A stretch of 59,787 nt of DNA, counting the filler, from Perkinsus olseni (taxonomy: Eukaryota): assembly GCA_013115125.1 (NCBI GenBank). It is 4 parts of 4 records of this genome, joined end to end, with 100 filler letters (N's around TTAATTAATTAA, not from the genome) between each part and the next. Parts side by side here need not be neighbours in the genome. Positions count along the whole stretch, not along the records: positions 29,956 to 44,827 come from JABANN010000718.1; positions 44,928 to 59,787 come from JABANN010000719.1; 2 more parts are not named here. One strand, given 5' to 3'. Positions 36,972 through 48,200 of this stretch are shown here, one piece after another; within the stretch, counting starts at the first letter, position 1, and each line of letters starts with the position of its first letter. The notes beneath the pieces were generated by a model. That model worked only from the letters and a program-made list of their open reading frames with translations, was not told the origin of the DNA and ran no database searches. Both the position numbers and the translations under genes were made by a program.

Positions 36972-39574
36972 CTACGGAAATGATCTACTTGGATTCCTCC
37001 CGTTCATCATCATCCTGCTGGTGCTGCTGCTCGGCTGCTTTTCCGGCATCATCGGCATCAGCAACTTCAGGGGCTGTGCGCTCGAGGATACCACGCTTCA
37101 TACAGAGACGGCGGAAGGCGCGCAGCATGTCAACTGAGAATACCATTGACTTTTAAAAGGCCTTTCCCCGCAATAGCCAACTTATATCACAATCTATCCA
37201 CTCACTGCATGAATTCATTCATTCTTCAGTTCAACGATTTTTACGGAACTCAGGATGAAGAGAGCGATGGTTGGTAGAGAGTTGAGCGATGCAGCCGCTG
37301 ATACCGAAGGGACCACTTACCCGCATCGGGAATGTCCAACTTTACATCGGAAATGTTGCTCATAATGAGCTTGAACCCATTGACTATGTCGTCTTTGGAA
37401 AGCTCTTCTCGTACCAGTACACAATGGCACAAGAGATCAACTAACAACAGCAGTAATACTTGTGTGGTTAGCAAGTACGTGGACTACCCGCCATGAGGCA
37501 TTGCTCTCCCGTACGCTCCATAGCCATTATTAGAATGTACTTCACAATGATGGCCGCTTGCTCAGACGACATGTCCCACTCTGCTGCTAGTCTACAAAAC
37601 TCGTCGCCATCAGCGCTGCAGAAGTACCTAGGGAGCTCCAGCTGAGGGCCAGGAGAGATTCTACCACCAACTTACTCGATAATGGCATTCCTCAACTCTT
37701 GCTTCCATTTCTTGATACCCTCCTCCTCGAGCGCTGCGAATTCGACTTTATTCTTGTTCGCTAAAATCATGCACAGCAGTCGGCCAGAACAGAGTAGTTA
37801 ATCCCTAGCACATCTACCGAGGTCGTCATCATCAGCACTACATGGGCTGCCGGCGAGGTTGAATCGTCCATGTCTCTCATGGCGTTGACGCCAGACTCTC
37901 TCGCTATCTAACACGCTGATAGCATGCCTCACACAATTGATACCAACATCGTTTCCTGTACGGAGTCTGAGACAAATCAGTGACGACTATGACGAGTAGC
38001 GCGGTATCGACTACCTAAGGCTGTTCTTTAAGAATGCTGGAGGTAATAACTCCTCCACCACCGCCTGGACGATGAGGCCAGAAAGCATGTCCGGAGCTCC
38101 AGGGCAGTCTAAAGTGAAGTCCTCGAGGGAACCTAGAGGATACGACGACTGGACTGGTGAGAAGAGGACGGCAGAGCTGGACTACCAAGCATCCTGCCGA
38201 AGCCAAGAGATAGATCATCATCAGTGAGAACTCGCTTGTCTCTAAGATCTGCCAACAGTTGAATGACCTCAGCCCTGGTGCGGACATCACGATCGAAGGA
38301 CAGCTGCAGGGCCGATCGCACCTGAAGGCAGCCATGGACTGACAGCGTAGAGGTTATCATCGACTTACGAACTCATGATGCATGCCCGGCTTCTCCAATG
38401 CTAGCAGACTCTGGCCGACCTCCTCAGCGCCCCCTCCACCATGAGAAGCGAAGTAGTCCACTAGAATTGCCTACAGAGTGTTAGTGAAAGAGGAAGACTG
38501 CGATAAGTGGGTTCATCACTTTAGCGTGCTCCTTGAACTTCTTCAACTCGTCAAGTTGCTCGTAAACATCAATGAACTCCGAGGCGTCGGCATCACGTAT
38601 CTTCCCTCGCAGTGAGAGTAATGGCGGAGTTGGTATTATTACCTTTCTCAGAAGATTCTCCGGCAGCCTAGTAACGAAGTTGTCAGCAACAATACCGTCG
38701 CACAAAGCGCAATCTAAGAACTTCAAGATCTGTTCGGGAGCGTTGGGGACCTGACGACCACCACAGCACTATCCATAGCGCCGGCTGTAGGAGGGTTTCT
38801 CACGTCGATACTGAGGTCCTCCCACACCTCGATAAGCTTCTCGAAGGCTCTCTGATTCTGAGATTGCGTCACGACATGAGCCGAGTAGAGCAGGGTGAGC
38901 AGCGATGACGCTAGCCCTTGGCACGACTCTTCATCTGAGGCATCCAAGGTCGACCCTCGTTACTGCCGAGTTTTATTACGATCCAATGCTATCTTAATGG
39001 TACGATATACCAATTCATCGTGGTACATAGAACCTGCATGCGGCAGAGTAACACTATCGTGCCTTGAACATGTCCTGCTACAGTCAAGGTCTTTGATCTC
39101 GTCCACAGCCGCTGTAGCATCTTTGCTAGCGAAGTAGTCATGGAGGATACCCGATAACTTCTTTTGAAATTCAGGCAGGGAGAGCCTGCGAAACGGTCGT
39201 TGTCAATCTAAGCTTCGGCCGCGGTAGTAGTACTTGGCCTCTTCAATATTAACATGCCCTGTGGCGTAGCTAGGCGCCCTCTGACGCACAGTTCGAAAGG
39301 TCGTACCGCATTCGTAGATATCCAGGTTATATTCACCATCCAGTATCTCATCATAGTTGGGGTCGTTACTGAACGCCAGCGGCACGCCTCTTTGTTGATA
39401 CCACTCCAAAGCCTACCTGTCCAAGGCAGCAGCTCCCGGGTCCTCTGACAATAGGACCTGACGATGAGTGTGGTATGATCGCCGAGCAGTAGTGACCCCA
39501 TGTACTACCTTCTTGCTCCAGCTGGCTTTATGAGATCCTCCAGCAATCCTAACAGCCTTAGGGGCAGGAGGCAT
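36972..39574 (-). CDS. MA3-domain translation regulator, PDCD4/MRF-like (multi-exon)
   Basis: AAALD|NDPNYDE motif, followed by repeated MA3 helices (FQKKVIGILHDYFASKDATAAVDEIKDL; RAFEKLIEVWEDLSIDV; GFKLIMSNISDVKLDIPDA). Confidence 0.85.
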
Positions 39575-39787
39575 CTCACTTACGCTCAAATAATAATAAG
39601 ATGGAAGTTCACAACAATTTGCGAAGTTGCGAAGGTCGCGCCGCTGCTGATTTTGATGAATCTTGCAATCTTGCATTTCCTCAACGCGTATACCGCGATG
39701 GCTAATCGTCATCTTCAAAGCTGAAAGACTTTTAGTCATTCGCTAGCTAGCTTGAGATCGTCTAGAAAAAGATATCCTCTAAGTTCT

Positions 39788-40465
39788 ATGAACGTTACCG
39801 CTAGCGAGTCGAGGGAGGATGACGATTTCCTTTTGGATCTAGGACGCTCACTGCTGTCCGCGGTTGTGGTGCCGGTTGACTACAATGAACGGCCTACTAC
39901 TTTTCTGTCGCCTACTGCCACTTCAACAGCTACAACATTCAAAGACTCGTTGTCTGTTGACACCTCTACCACGTCCCACTCGAGCACATCCTTCCCGTTA
40001 CTTGGTGAGCATGTTAAGTCGAGTTACCCCTATGTTGCGCAGTCCGTGTATTCTGGTCGCGCTGGTGGTTGCCCTCTCTCCCTGATGGAGTCTCCTATGG
40101 ACCTTTCATTTGATGCCTCAAAGGCAGTGGAAGGAGCGGTGGAGTCGTCCGCTGTTCTAGCCGGTCTGCGTGTTTCACACGACTTGGCGAAGAGATCTCC
40201 TCGAGCTCGGTCGGTTGGTAGGAGCCCGAGTGCTCGAGTGAAGAAAGGTGACAATCCACCTCGAGGAGTATGGCGAAACAGAGGCGGTTACATTGCCGCC
40301 ATCTACGTTGATCGTGAGAGAGTTTACGCCCCTCTGCGGAAGACCGTACAGGACGCCGTGAGGGACAGAGCTGCATTAGAGCAAGCTCGCCTGGTGTACA
40401 CTACCAAAGACTCGCTGAAGCGCTTTGTCAACACGGTTTTGAGAAACGATCGCACCCATGCGTGA
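39788..40465 (+). CDS. Ser-rich protein with a C-terminal AP2-like DNA-binding domain, intronless
   Basis: PRGVWRNRGGYIAAIYVDRERVYAPLRKTVQDAVRDR follows the AP2 three-strand/helix pattern (RGV...xAxI...xTxxxA). Confidence 0.55.
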   Translation: MNVTASESREDDDFLLDLGRSLLSAVVVPVDYNERPTTFLSPTATSTATTFKDSLSVDTSTTSHSSTSFPLLGEHVKSSYPYVAQSVYSGRAGGCPLSLMESPMDLSFDASKAVEGAVESSAVLAGLRVSHDLAKRSPRARSVGRSPSARVKKGDNPPRGVWRNRGGYIAAIYVDRERVYAPLRKTVQDAVRDRAALEQARLVYTTKDSLKRFVNTVLRNDRTHA

Positions 40466-40719
40466 CGGCGTTGATGATCATCATCACTCACTAAAACGAC
40501 GATAAGAAGACCGAGGACAGTTCGTGTGATTGATTTCCTCCCTCGCCCTGCCTTCTTTGGAGTGTCTCCTCTTATTCTTATACAGATTGTTGGGCTCACC
40601 GGATAAGAGCTAGTTGACCATTGCATCGGTCATTTTTGGATCCACAACACTATTGCAACCTGCGACCTATCATATCATAATCACGTTCTTCTTGATTCTA
40701 CTGGGGCCGTATGCGGATC

Positions 40720-41035
40720 CTGATGCGTGCATCACTACCCCTGAGTAAAATCACCCTGTGATCCCGATGCGTGAGTAAAATCGGGTAGTGATGCAGAGTA
40801 CGTGAGTCAGATTATCTTACTCTGAGTAATATGCAAGATTCAAGATGCTGATTAGAGAGTTTTGAGTAAGAGTATTGATTCACGATGCTGATACATGATG
40901 CTTGATGCGGATCAGCGAGTGATGCTGATTCTTGATGCAGGAAGAGCTCGTGCGAGTAATTACTCAGGTGCCTGAGTAGCTAACCTGCGAAAGTTATAAT
41001 AACCTACATAACTTTCGAAAAGTTATAACCCTTCT
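40720..41035. repeat. Intergenic block of short GATGC/GAGTA motifs with a 13-bp inverted repeat
   Basis: TGCATCACTACCC (40728-40740) and GGGTAGTGATGCA (40783-40795) enclose two TGAGTAAAATC. About nine GATGC and eight GAGTA occur in ~260 bp. Confidence 0.7.
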
Positions 41036-41234
41036 TTACCGGTTGCCGTCGCCAAAGTACCCTCGGTAACCCTTGGCCTTTTGGTGATAGACAATAAGAC
41101 AATAGTAGTGGATTCTTGTACCATTACTTCACCACACATATTTCACATCTCATGTGCCTTGTTGCGTCTAGTTCTAGTTGGGAAGAGTTGGTATGCCGTA
41201 GTACTGGCTGATGCTCATTAGTTGATTGCGTGAG

Positions 41235-44062
41235 ATGGAAGTCGATTCACGAGAAGGAGCGAGCCCATCGGCCCCCGAGAGGGATCTCTCCACGTTGGTG
41301 TCCAACATGAAGCACCGCGACTTGGTAGCTGTTGTGCAGGGGTATGTTCGGAGCTGTGGGGAGAGTGAGAGGTAATGATGAACTATTGTGTTGCTCAAGC
41401 GGAAGACAAGTAGTCGAGCGAGGGAAGACGGCTGCTGGCGTGGAACAGGTCGGAGGTTCTACCCAATCTTGGCGTATATCAGGTTACAGGTGGCTGAGCT
41501 TGCCGGTATACCTGTTCATGTCCCAGAGGAGCTGACTTCTGATACTGTGATGCATGCAAGCGCGGAGGAGGAAAGGGAGGCAGAGCTGGACCAATACGCC
41601 GGTACTGGGCTGTCCTCGAGCGATCTTGCATCTCGGAGGTTAGCCTGTCTTAGACAAGGGTGTGGAAGCATCGGACGAATCGGCGGATGAGGTTGGTGTG
41701 AACTCGGTGGATGATCAGGCCTCCATGATTGCTCGGGCCAAATGGGTGCCGATAAGGTAGGATCTGGTTGAGTCGCTCGACCCGTGGATGAACCGTTTCA
41801 GGCTGACTTACGATGAGCGGAAACTACTTCGGCTAGTTGAGAGTGCTATGCAGGTGATGCGTTGAAGGAGTGGTATTGGCGATTACCGAATCCCTCAGGT
41901 TGCCGACTACACGGATAAAGTTGATGTCCAGTTCCCTCCTCATGTGAGCCCTGCCCGCCAGATGGCCATCCGAGCACGTCAAATGTGTGCGATTCTGAAC
42001 GGCCTGGTGGTGGCGGAGGACTACAGCAAAGGGGCAGCTCTAGTGAAGAGTCGGGATTACGCCGCTTACGGCAACTTCTATCGGAAGGCTTTTGAGATCA
42101 GTCGAAGATACAAGCTCCTCAACCCTGAGAGGATGAGGTCAACCTATGGCAAACTCATCTACTTCCTCATGGATACTGTACGGGATAGAAGACACTCCTC
42201 GAGTGGGGATCGATCCCCCCTCAGGTCCGTCCCGACACGGTAGGGCTGTTCGAGCATATCGGCGTGATAGAGCCTGTTAAGACTGTGTACTCGACCCTTC
42301 AAGCCAGCCCCCGGGCGTTGAAGATGCTCAACGACCCTCTGCTAGAGGTGATACCCTATTCCGAGCTATGTTGGATGATCGTGGGTGTGTGAATACGTCA
42401 GGTGGCTACCAGGGAGATTTACAGCGAGGGCAGGTCCAGAGGGGAAGTTCAACGTGACATCAGGGCTGTAATAATTGGGGGTCTTCGAGGCTTTGTTATT
42501 GCAGTTTATTCTGCGAATATTTCGACTTGGTGGATCGGTCACTACGGGTCTCGCTTGTTAGAAGGAGAGCGCTATTAGGAAGCTGTCGCGGAAGTACTGC
42601 GCTAAGGGGACGAGAACGAAGAAGAACAAGGGGCACTTTGGTGGTTACTTCTCCTACATGTTCTCGAGTCGTAATGATGATGATTCAAGTAAGATGCCCT
42701 CACCTAGAATTGAACCCGGGTGGAATGTCCTTGCCCAGGTGATGCCGAGGATAACGCCATGGACGATGAAGAGGCCGGTGGTGCCCAGCTGACTCAGGAG
42801 GATATCGAGCAGTGTATCTATGCTCTAGGGGACCACAGTAAGGCGACCATCGGCACATTATCAACCACCATGAGGCTCCCTCAGGCACCTATCTGCGGTT
42901 CAATAGGCTGCCTTGCGATAGGATGATACAGTACATGCAGCACTACTTCTCGCCCGATAGGATCGATGTGGATGTGACGGGGAAGTGATAGCGTGTTGCC
43001 ATAATCTGTGGGTTCCATTGCTACAGCCAGGTATAACATATCCCTGGCCATCCAGGAGGGCACGGAGGGGTCTAGATTGACTCATTCCCACATTCGCCAG
43101 TACAACTTTGTTTTGCAAAGTCTCACCCTATGGAGAGAGGTAGTCCTCCTAGCCTCGGTTGCCTCGGTGAGTGAAGTCCTCAGGTCATCAGTGATATGTA
43201 CAGGCTGTGGCATCTTGCCGAAGAGGACCTGTTGGATCCTGCCAACCCTTACACTCTACAGCAGACTGGTCAGGGGCTCCATAGAGTTCAGAAGAGCCCC
43301 AAGGTAGTGGTACTATCATCGTCACTCTCGCTGAGATCGTAAGCATCAGGTAATGAAAGCCATGCGGCAGATCGTAGCAAGGGTCCAACGACAGCTAGGC
43401 GACAGATGGATCGGAAGTGGGTCCTACCACCCCTTCCCCAACTCCCGTAGATTCGTGTTGACTAGGCACGATCGTCCATCTAGGAGATCACAACGTCCCC
43501 AACGCCCTTATGTTTATTGATAAATACGTTCAGGTAGGCGAGTGGATGAGGAGGAGAGTTAGTGATGGAGTGGTACGGTCGTCGTTCAGGTCCCACGCAT
43601 TCTGGGCCCCTTGGTGCTGTGCTTGGATAAGATAGCTGAGATGAAGGATGCTCCGGGCATGTCCAACTTGGTCAAGAGCTTCGGCGGGGTGAGTCAAACA
43701 GGCTTGAGGCTGGCCAATCGCAATTTCGTGGCGCGCGGTCGGGGAGCAGGTTGAGAATCTCCATCGGATTATCCTCTCCGACTTCTTCCGGCATGCGTTC
43801 GATGGCTCGGGTGGCGACAACTTCTTCGATGCTGGTAATAACAGCGATGTCTCTCCTACCCCTCCCTACCACATCTTCACCACTTCAGGGAGCTGTATTG
43901 ATGGAAGGCTCACTAGTGCTTGGAATTGGTGCTCTCAGATCGAAGAGAAACCGTAGGGGAGGAGGTATGCCCGCTGTTGAGAGCATGCCCGTGCGGCTTA
44001 GGTACTTCCCTGTCTTCCTTCTTACTGGATTCACTGGCTTCGACGGCAAGGAGGGATGGTGA
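41235..44062 (+). CDS. DUF2009 / UPF0652 family protein (multi-exon)
   Basis: RAKWVPIRLTYDERKLLRL, YKLLNPERMRSTYGKLIYFLMD, RLTHSHIRQYNFVLQSLTLWRE, HLGDHNVPNALMFIDKY, and AFDGSGGDNFFDAG|SCIDGRLTSAWNWCS...FLLTGFTGFDG. Confidence 0.88.
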
Positions 44063-44155
44063 ATACTACTACTGTCCATCTGGCCTGTTGAGTTCATCGT
44101 CAACCATCCTCGAACGTGTTAGTGTTTTGTTTCTCCTCATCCTCTCCCCACTCCG

Positions 44156-44827
44156 ATGGCTACTACTGAGCAAGAGCACAGGTTGCTTTGCATTTCCCCT
44201 GTTGATGGAAGATACGCCAGCAAGTGTAAGAAGATGAGGATGCCTGGGCCTTCTGCCATCACCCTTCCCTACAGGCACCGACCTCAACCACATCTTCTCC
44301 GAGTTTGGGCTCATACGTCAGCGTGTCCGTGTCGAGGTCGAGTGGCTCAAGTTGATGAGTGATCGCTCGGAGTTCCCTGAGGTAGTGCCGAGCATGTTGA
44401 TCGTATTTCGTGAAGATTCATCCTCAGGTCCCTAGCCTGACCTCCGAGCAGCGGGCCAAACTCTCCGCCATCGCCTCCGACCTCACTGTTGCCGATGGTC
44501 TCAGAGTTAAAGAGATTGAACGTAGGAGATTGGTATATTCAAGCCCGCCAGAAATTTATCCATAAATCAACCGTAAATCCTCATATCTATATATACCATG
44601 CATTAACGATAGTGCAAGTACATCGTCGATGATTTTCTGCTTCTTCTGTGACAGAAGTAGCACAGAAGTGTTGTTTGCACTGATGTTGATACATCCAAGG
44701 GCCCGGGGAAGTCGAGTTGGTCTCAGGCACAACCAACCACGATGTGAAGGCTGTGGAGTATCTTATTAAGGAGAAGCTTCACTCAACTGGCGACCCGACT
44801 CTTGCCAAGCTTACTGAGTTCACCCAC
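44156..44827 (+). CDS. purB: Adenylosuccinate lyase, 5' part, truncated by the gap
   Basis: ISPVDGRYASK, IFSEFGLIRQRVRVEVEWL and IKEIER|TTNHDVKAVEYLIKEK-type motifs of E. coli/plant-type PurB, across three introns. Confidence 0.93.
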
Positions 44828-44927
44828 NNNNNNNNNNNNNNNNNNNNNNNNNNNNNNNNNNNNNNNNNNNNTTAATTAATTAANNNNNNNNNNNNNNNNN
44901 NNNNNNNNNNNNNNNNNNNNNNNNNNN
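44828..44927. other. Assembly linker N44-TTAATTAATTAA-N44
   Basis: Same 100-nt linker. Confidence 0.98.

Positions 44928-44999
<72 letters not shown>
44928..44999 (+). repeat. (TAG)24 microsatellite at contig start
   Basis: Perfect trinucleotide run, probably the cause of the contig break. Confidence 0.97.
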
Positions 45000-45249
45000 G
45001 AGATCCCGCACAGGTTCGAACCAGGGGAGGGGTATATACGATTTCGTATCATACTTAGAGTAGTGCGGAATGTGGTACGGGTTGTAGACAGAATCAGCTG
45101 AGGTAATTAGTCGCTTTATTGAATCGAAAAGACTAGCAGTGAGTTGAAGTAGCAGAGATGTTCGTAATGTTGAAGGCTTAATTTATATGAGTTACGGAAG
45201 GAGTGGTATCAGTAGATTATGTATCGTGGAAGATAGCCCGATTTGCTGC

Positions 45250-48200
45250 GGACACTCGAAACTCATGCATCAAGGTCCACACTTGGTAGTGATGTCCGGT
45301 GTTTGATATTTTCAAGAATCTGTCGTATCAGAGGAAGAACTTGCGAGACCGCGTGCGTCATTGAGTTGAGCTAGGACCGGCGATGCGCAGAAGTCGATCA
45401 CGGTCAGGGTCGACGTTGGGACACCCTGCTAACTCTGGAGAATAGGTGGCGTTGTTCTTGAGAAATTCGGTCCGCGACAGATGAATGTCGTGCTTTGGTG
45501 CATAGTCGCGTCGCTCCGCCTGAAATTGTTCATTTTTAGGACGAATCTGCCAACAGCGAGCTGAATGAGTTTTCACTGGACATTCCTCGCTCCGCCGTTG
45601 CGGAAGATCGAATGTCGTTTCATAGCGTTGATGGAGAAATTACACCTGATGTGAGCGGAGCGAAGCGATTCTTTTTCCAGAAATTGTGTGATCTCTCTGT
45701 AGGGTCGGAAAAGATCGGGCTCGGCCTCGTCGGGGATGAAGAGAATTCAACGGCGGCAGGGAAGTGTCATGCCCGGTAGTATGGAGGTGGAAATATCAGT
45801 CAATAATTATTGATGAAATTAGCCATTGAAAACGAAGTTGATATTATCAAAAAATAATATGGATTTTCCCAGAGAAGCTCGTTAATATTTGTACTGACAC
45901 ATTGCTGAGAAAGTGATACGAGTGCCCGTTAGGAAATGGGGTATGAGTTGCTAGTTTCCCCCATACTCTCTTACGCGGAGGCGGAATTTTGAGAGAAGCC
46001 TTCGGAAAAGATCGTCGAGTTTTGGTAGACTGTCTTATGTTTATGAAGTTCTTCCACTGGGAAATAGCTTGATAGATTAACACTGGTTTCACGAATTATG
46101 AAAAGCATTCGTGTGGTACGATTTTTACAATGTCCACCGCAAAGCCCTCGTCACTGGCAATCATCACACCGAGAGAAGTCTCGCAAAGCTTCTAACGGAG
46201 CGTCCAATCTGTTCTCAGATGACGGTCCTCGTCGACAGACTGAGCTTTGCCGGTCTATCGCTACTTGGCTGACGGCAGCAGCCAACAATCACAAATTACG
46301 GCGGAGCGATGTGAGTTTTGTTTACGTTTTTTCGCGGTGTAGTTGAGGTGGTGTTGTGATAGGCGTTCTCATTGTTCGCGGAGGTGTCGGCTGTCAGCTT
46401 CGAGCGTGATGGTCAGCATAAACGGATAGAGAGCTACGGGTAAGGGAAAGGAGGGAAGGGAGCCGAAAAAAAATTCAGTAAATCTTTCACCAGCACGAAA
46501 TTTCAGTGATGAAATTTCTTGCGCTGGTTAAAGAGTTTTTCGGAAAAATTTCAACTTTTTGGTGAGACTAACTGATAGTCAGCATAGGGTTAAGGAGATT
46601 AGGATTTTTTTGTATTTGTGAAAAAAAGGGGGATCGGAAAAATCTTTGTTGGTGAGGAATGGATCGTATTTTTGGCGGATGTTGGAATTTATATGAATCG
46701 GATTGGCATCCTTTGAAGGTATAAGAGACGGGGGGGTCGACAGTATATGCGTCGCTATGGCTGCAGTACTACGATGAAAAGAGTTACCAGGTTGCATTGG
46801 CTGAAACCGTGAGATACGTTCACTCTGGCACGTTACGAGGTTGAAAGATACCAGGTATACTAAGCGATGGTTTGTACTGCGTGATGACTATTTACTCTAC
46901 ACGGCCTCGCGAACCGTCAACAAACCGATGGATGTTGTTCTCTTCGATTCGAGATTCCAGGTGGGTATTCGGGCGTGGCGCGTATCCGAGTTGAGAATCT
47001 TTTTCCGTGGCTGTGAGTGGAATGGTGAACTCCTGTGACGTAGCCAAGTATTTTCATGGCAGCGTAGGTGACAGTTCGATTGATGGTTGTTGAACTGAGA
47101 GTGAAACTTATTTGCTCTCTGATATGAAGGGGAGGGTCGGAGGATCGTTTTCATGTGAATATCTTCAGAATGCATTCAATGGCTTCATAACCGTATAACA
47201 TAATATTGGTAATAGTTTTTATATAGGGTCTTCTTTCATTATTGAGTAGATATTTATTTTTTATTTATACCTTGTCACCGATCGGAGGCAATGTTGGGAG
47301 ATGGCCAGCCTCAAGCTGGCAGCCTGATGTGTCCTCTCTCTCTGGCTGGCAGCCACCCAACCTCTGTCCTCTTCGTTCGAGGATGATAGGTTGGGGTATC
47401 GTGAAGATACACTGACGCGGTGATAATGATATCTTTCCGAGGTCGAGGTCTGCCCTGTGAACCGCTGTGAAAGATTTTCGTCGAAGTGACGGGTTGCTGG
47501 GATTTGCTTTTTCTTGCAGGTGCTGAGCAAAAATGAAGATCCGTCCCTGCACAAGTACTCCTTGCGTATAGTCAACTCCTACCGTTCGTTGACGGTGAAG
47601 TTCCAAAATAGACGCCAGTGTTTGTCGTGGAAGTCCTCTCTTGAGCAAGCTTACGAGGAGTGCCAATGGAACACTCAGTGAGTGGGGAGGGATTCTGGTG
47701 CTTCGCTCCGTCGGGAAATGGTGCCAGTTATATGATTTTAGTATCTCAGTAATCGGGCAATTTTGAATGTACGGATGAAACTATGTCCACTTTCCATGCA
47801 ACGCGTCGCCGTAGTTGAATGGATGAGGTCTCATATGCGCTCTCGTTTATCGTAAAAGCACATCACGCGAAGAACGTCCAGTTGGGTTGACTGAGAGTTG
47901 AAGGACCGAGTGAGTTTGAGTTCGTTTCCTTTTTTGTGTCTAGTGTGGGTACGATGTATTTCCCTTTTTCCTCTGCGAAGGTATCGTTTCTCCGCCTTCG
48001 CTCCGCCTCGAGATGGTTGCAACGCTCGAGTCCTGGTCGACGGTCGGGAGCATATGAGCCAGGTGGGTCAGGAAAGGAGGGCTGCTGCTTTCTTCTCTTA
48101 CCGCAGAGTGTTGTTCGGTGATCGCAGTATCGGGGGAGAAAGTCGTTTTTCGTTTCGCTTTTTTGTGACGTCTGTCTTCGATCGAGTAGAAGGTTCTTGA

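Noticed and set aside
40720..41035. CRISPR-like array
   Set aside because: No constant-length repeats with unique spacers, eukaryotic context, and no cas genes.
44156..44827. purB as bacterial contamination or recent HGT
   Set aside because: It carries spliceosomal introns, and this PurB type is already known in apicomplexans and plants.
44928..44999. (TAG)n as a telomere
   Set aside because: A trinucleotide microsatellite, not a TTTAGGG/TTAGGG-type repeat. Similar TAG/CTA-rich tracts occur at 32100-32400.
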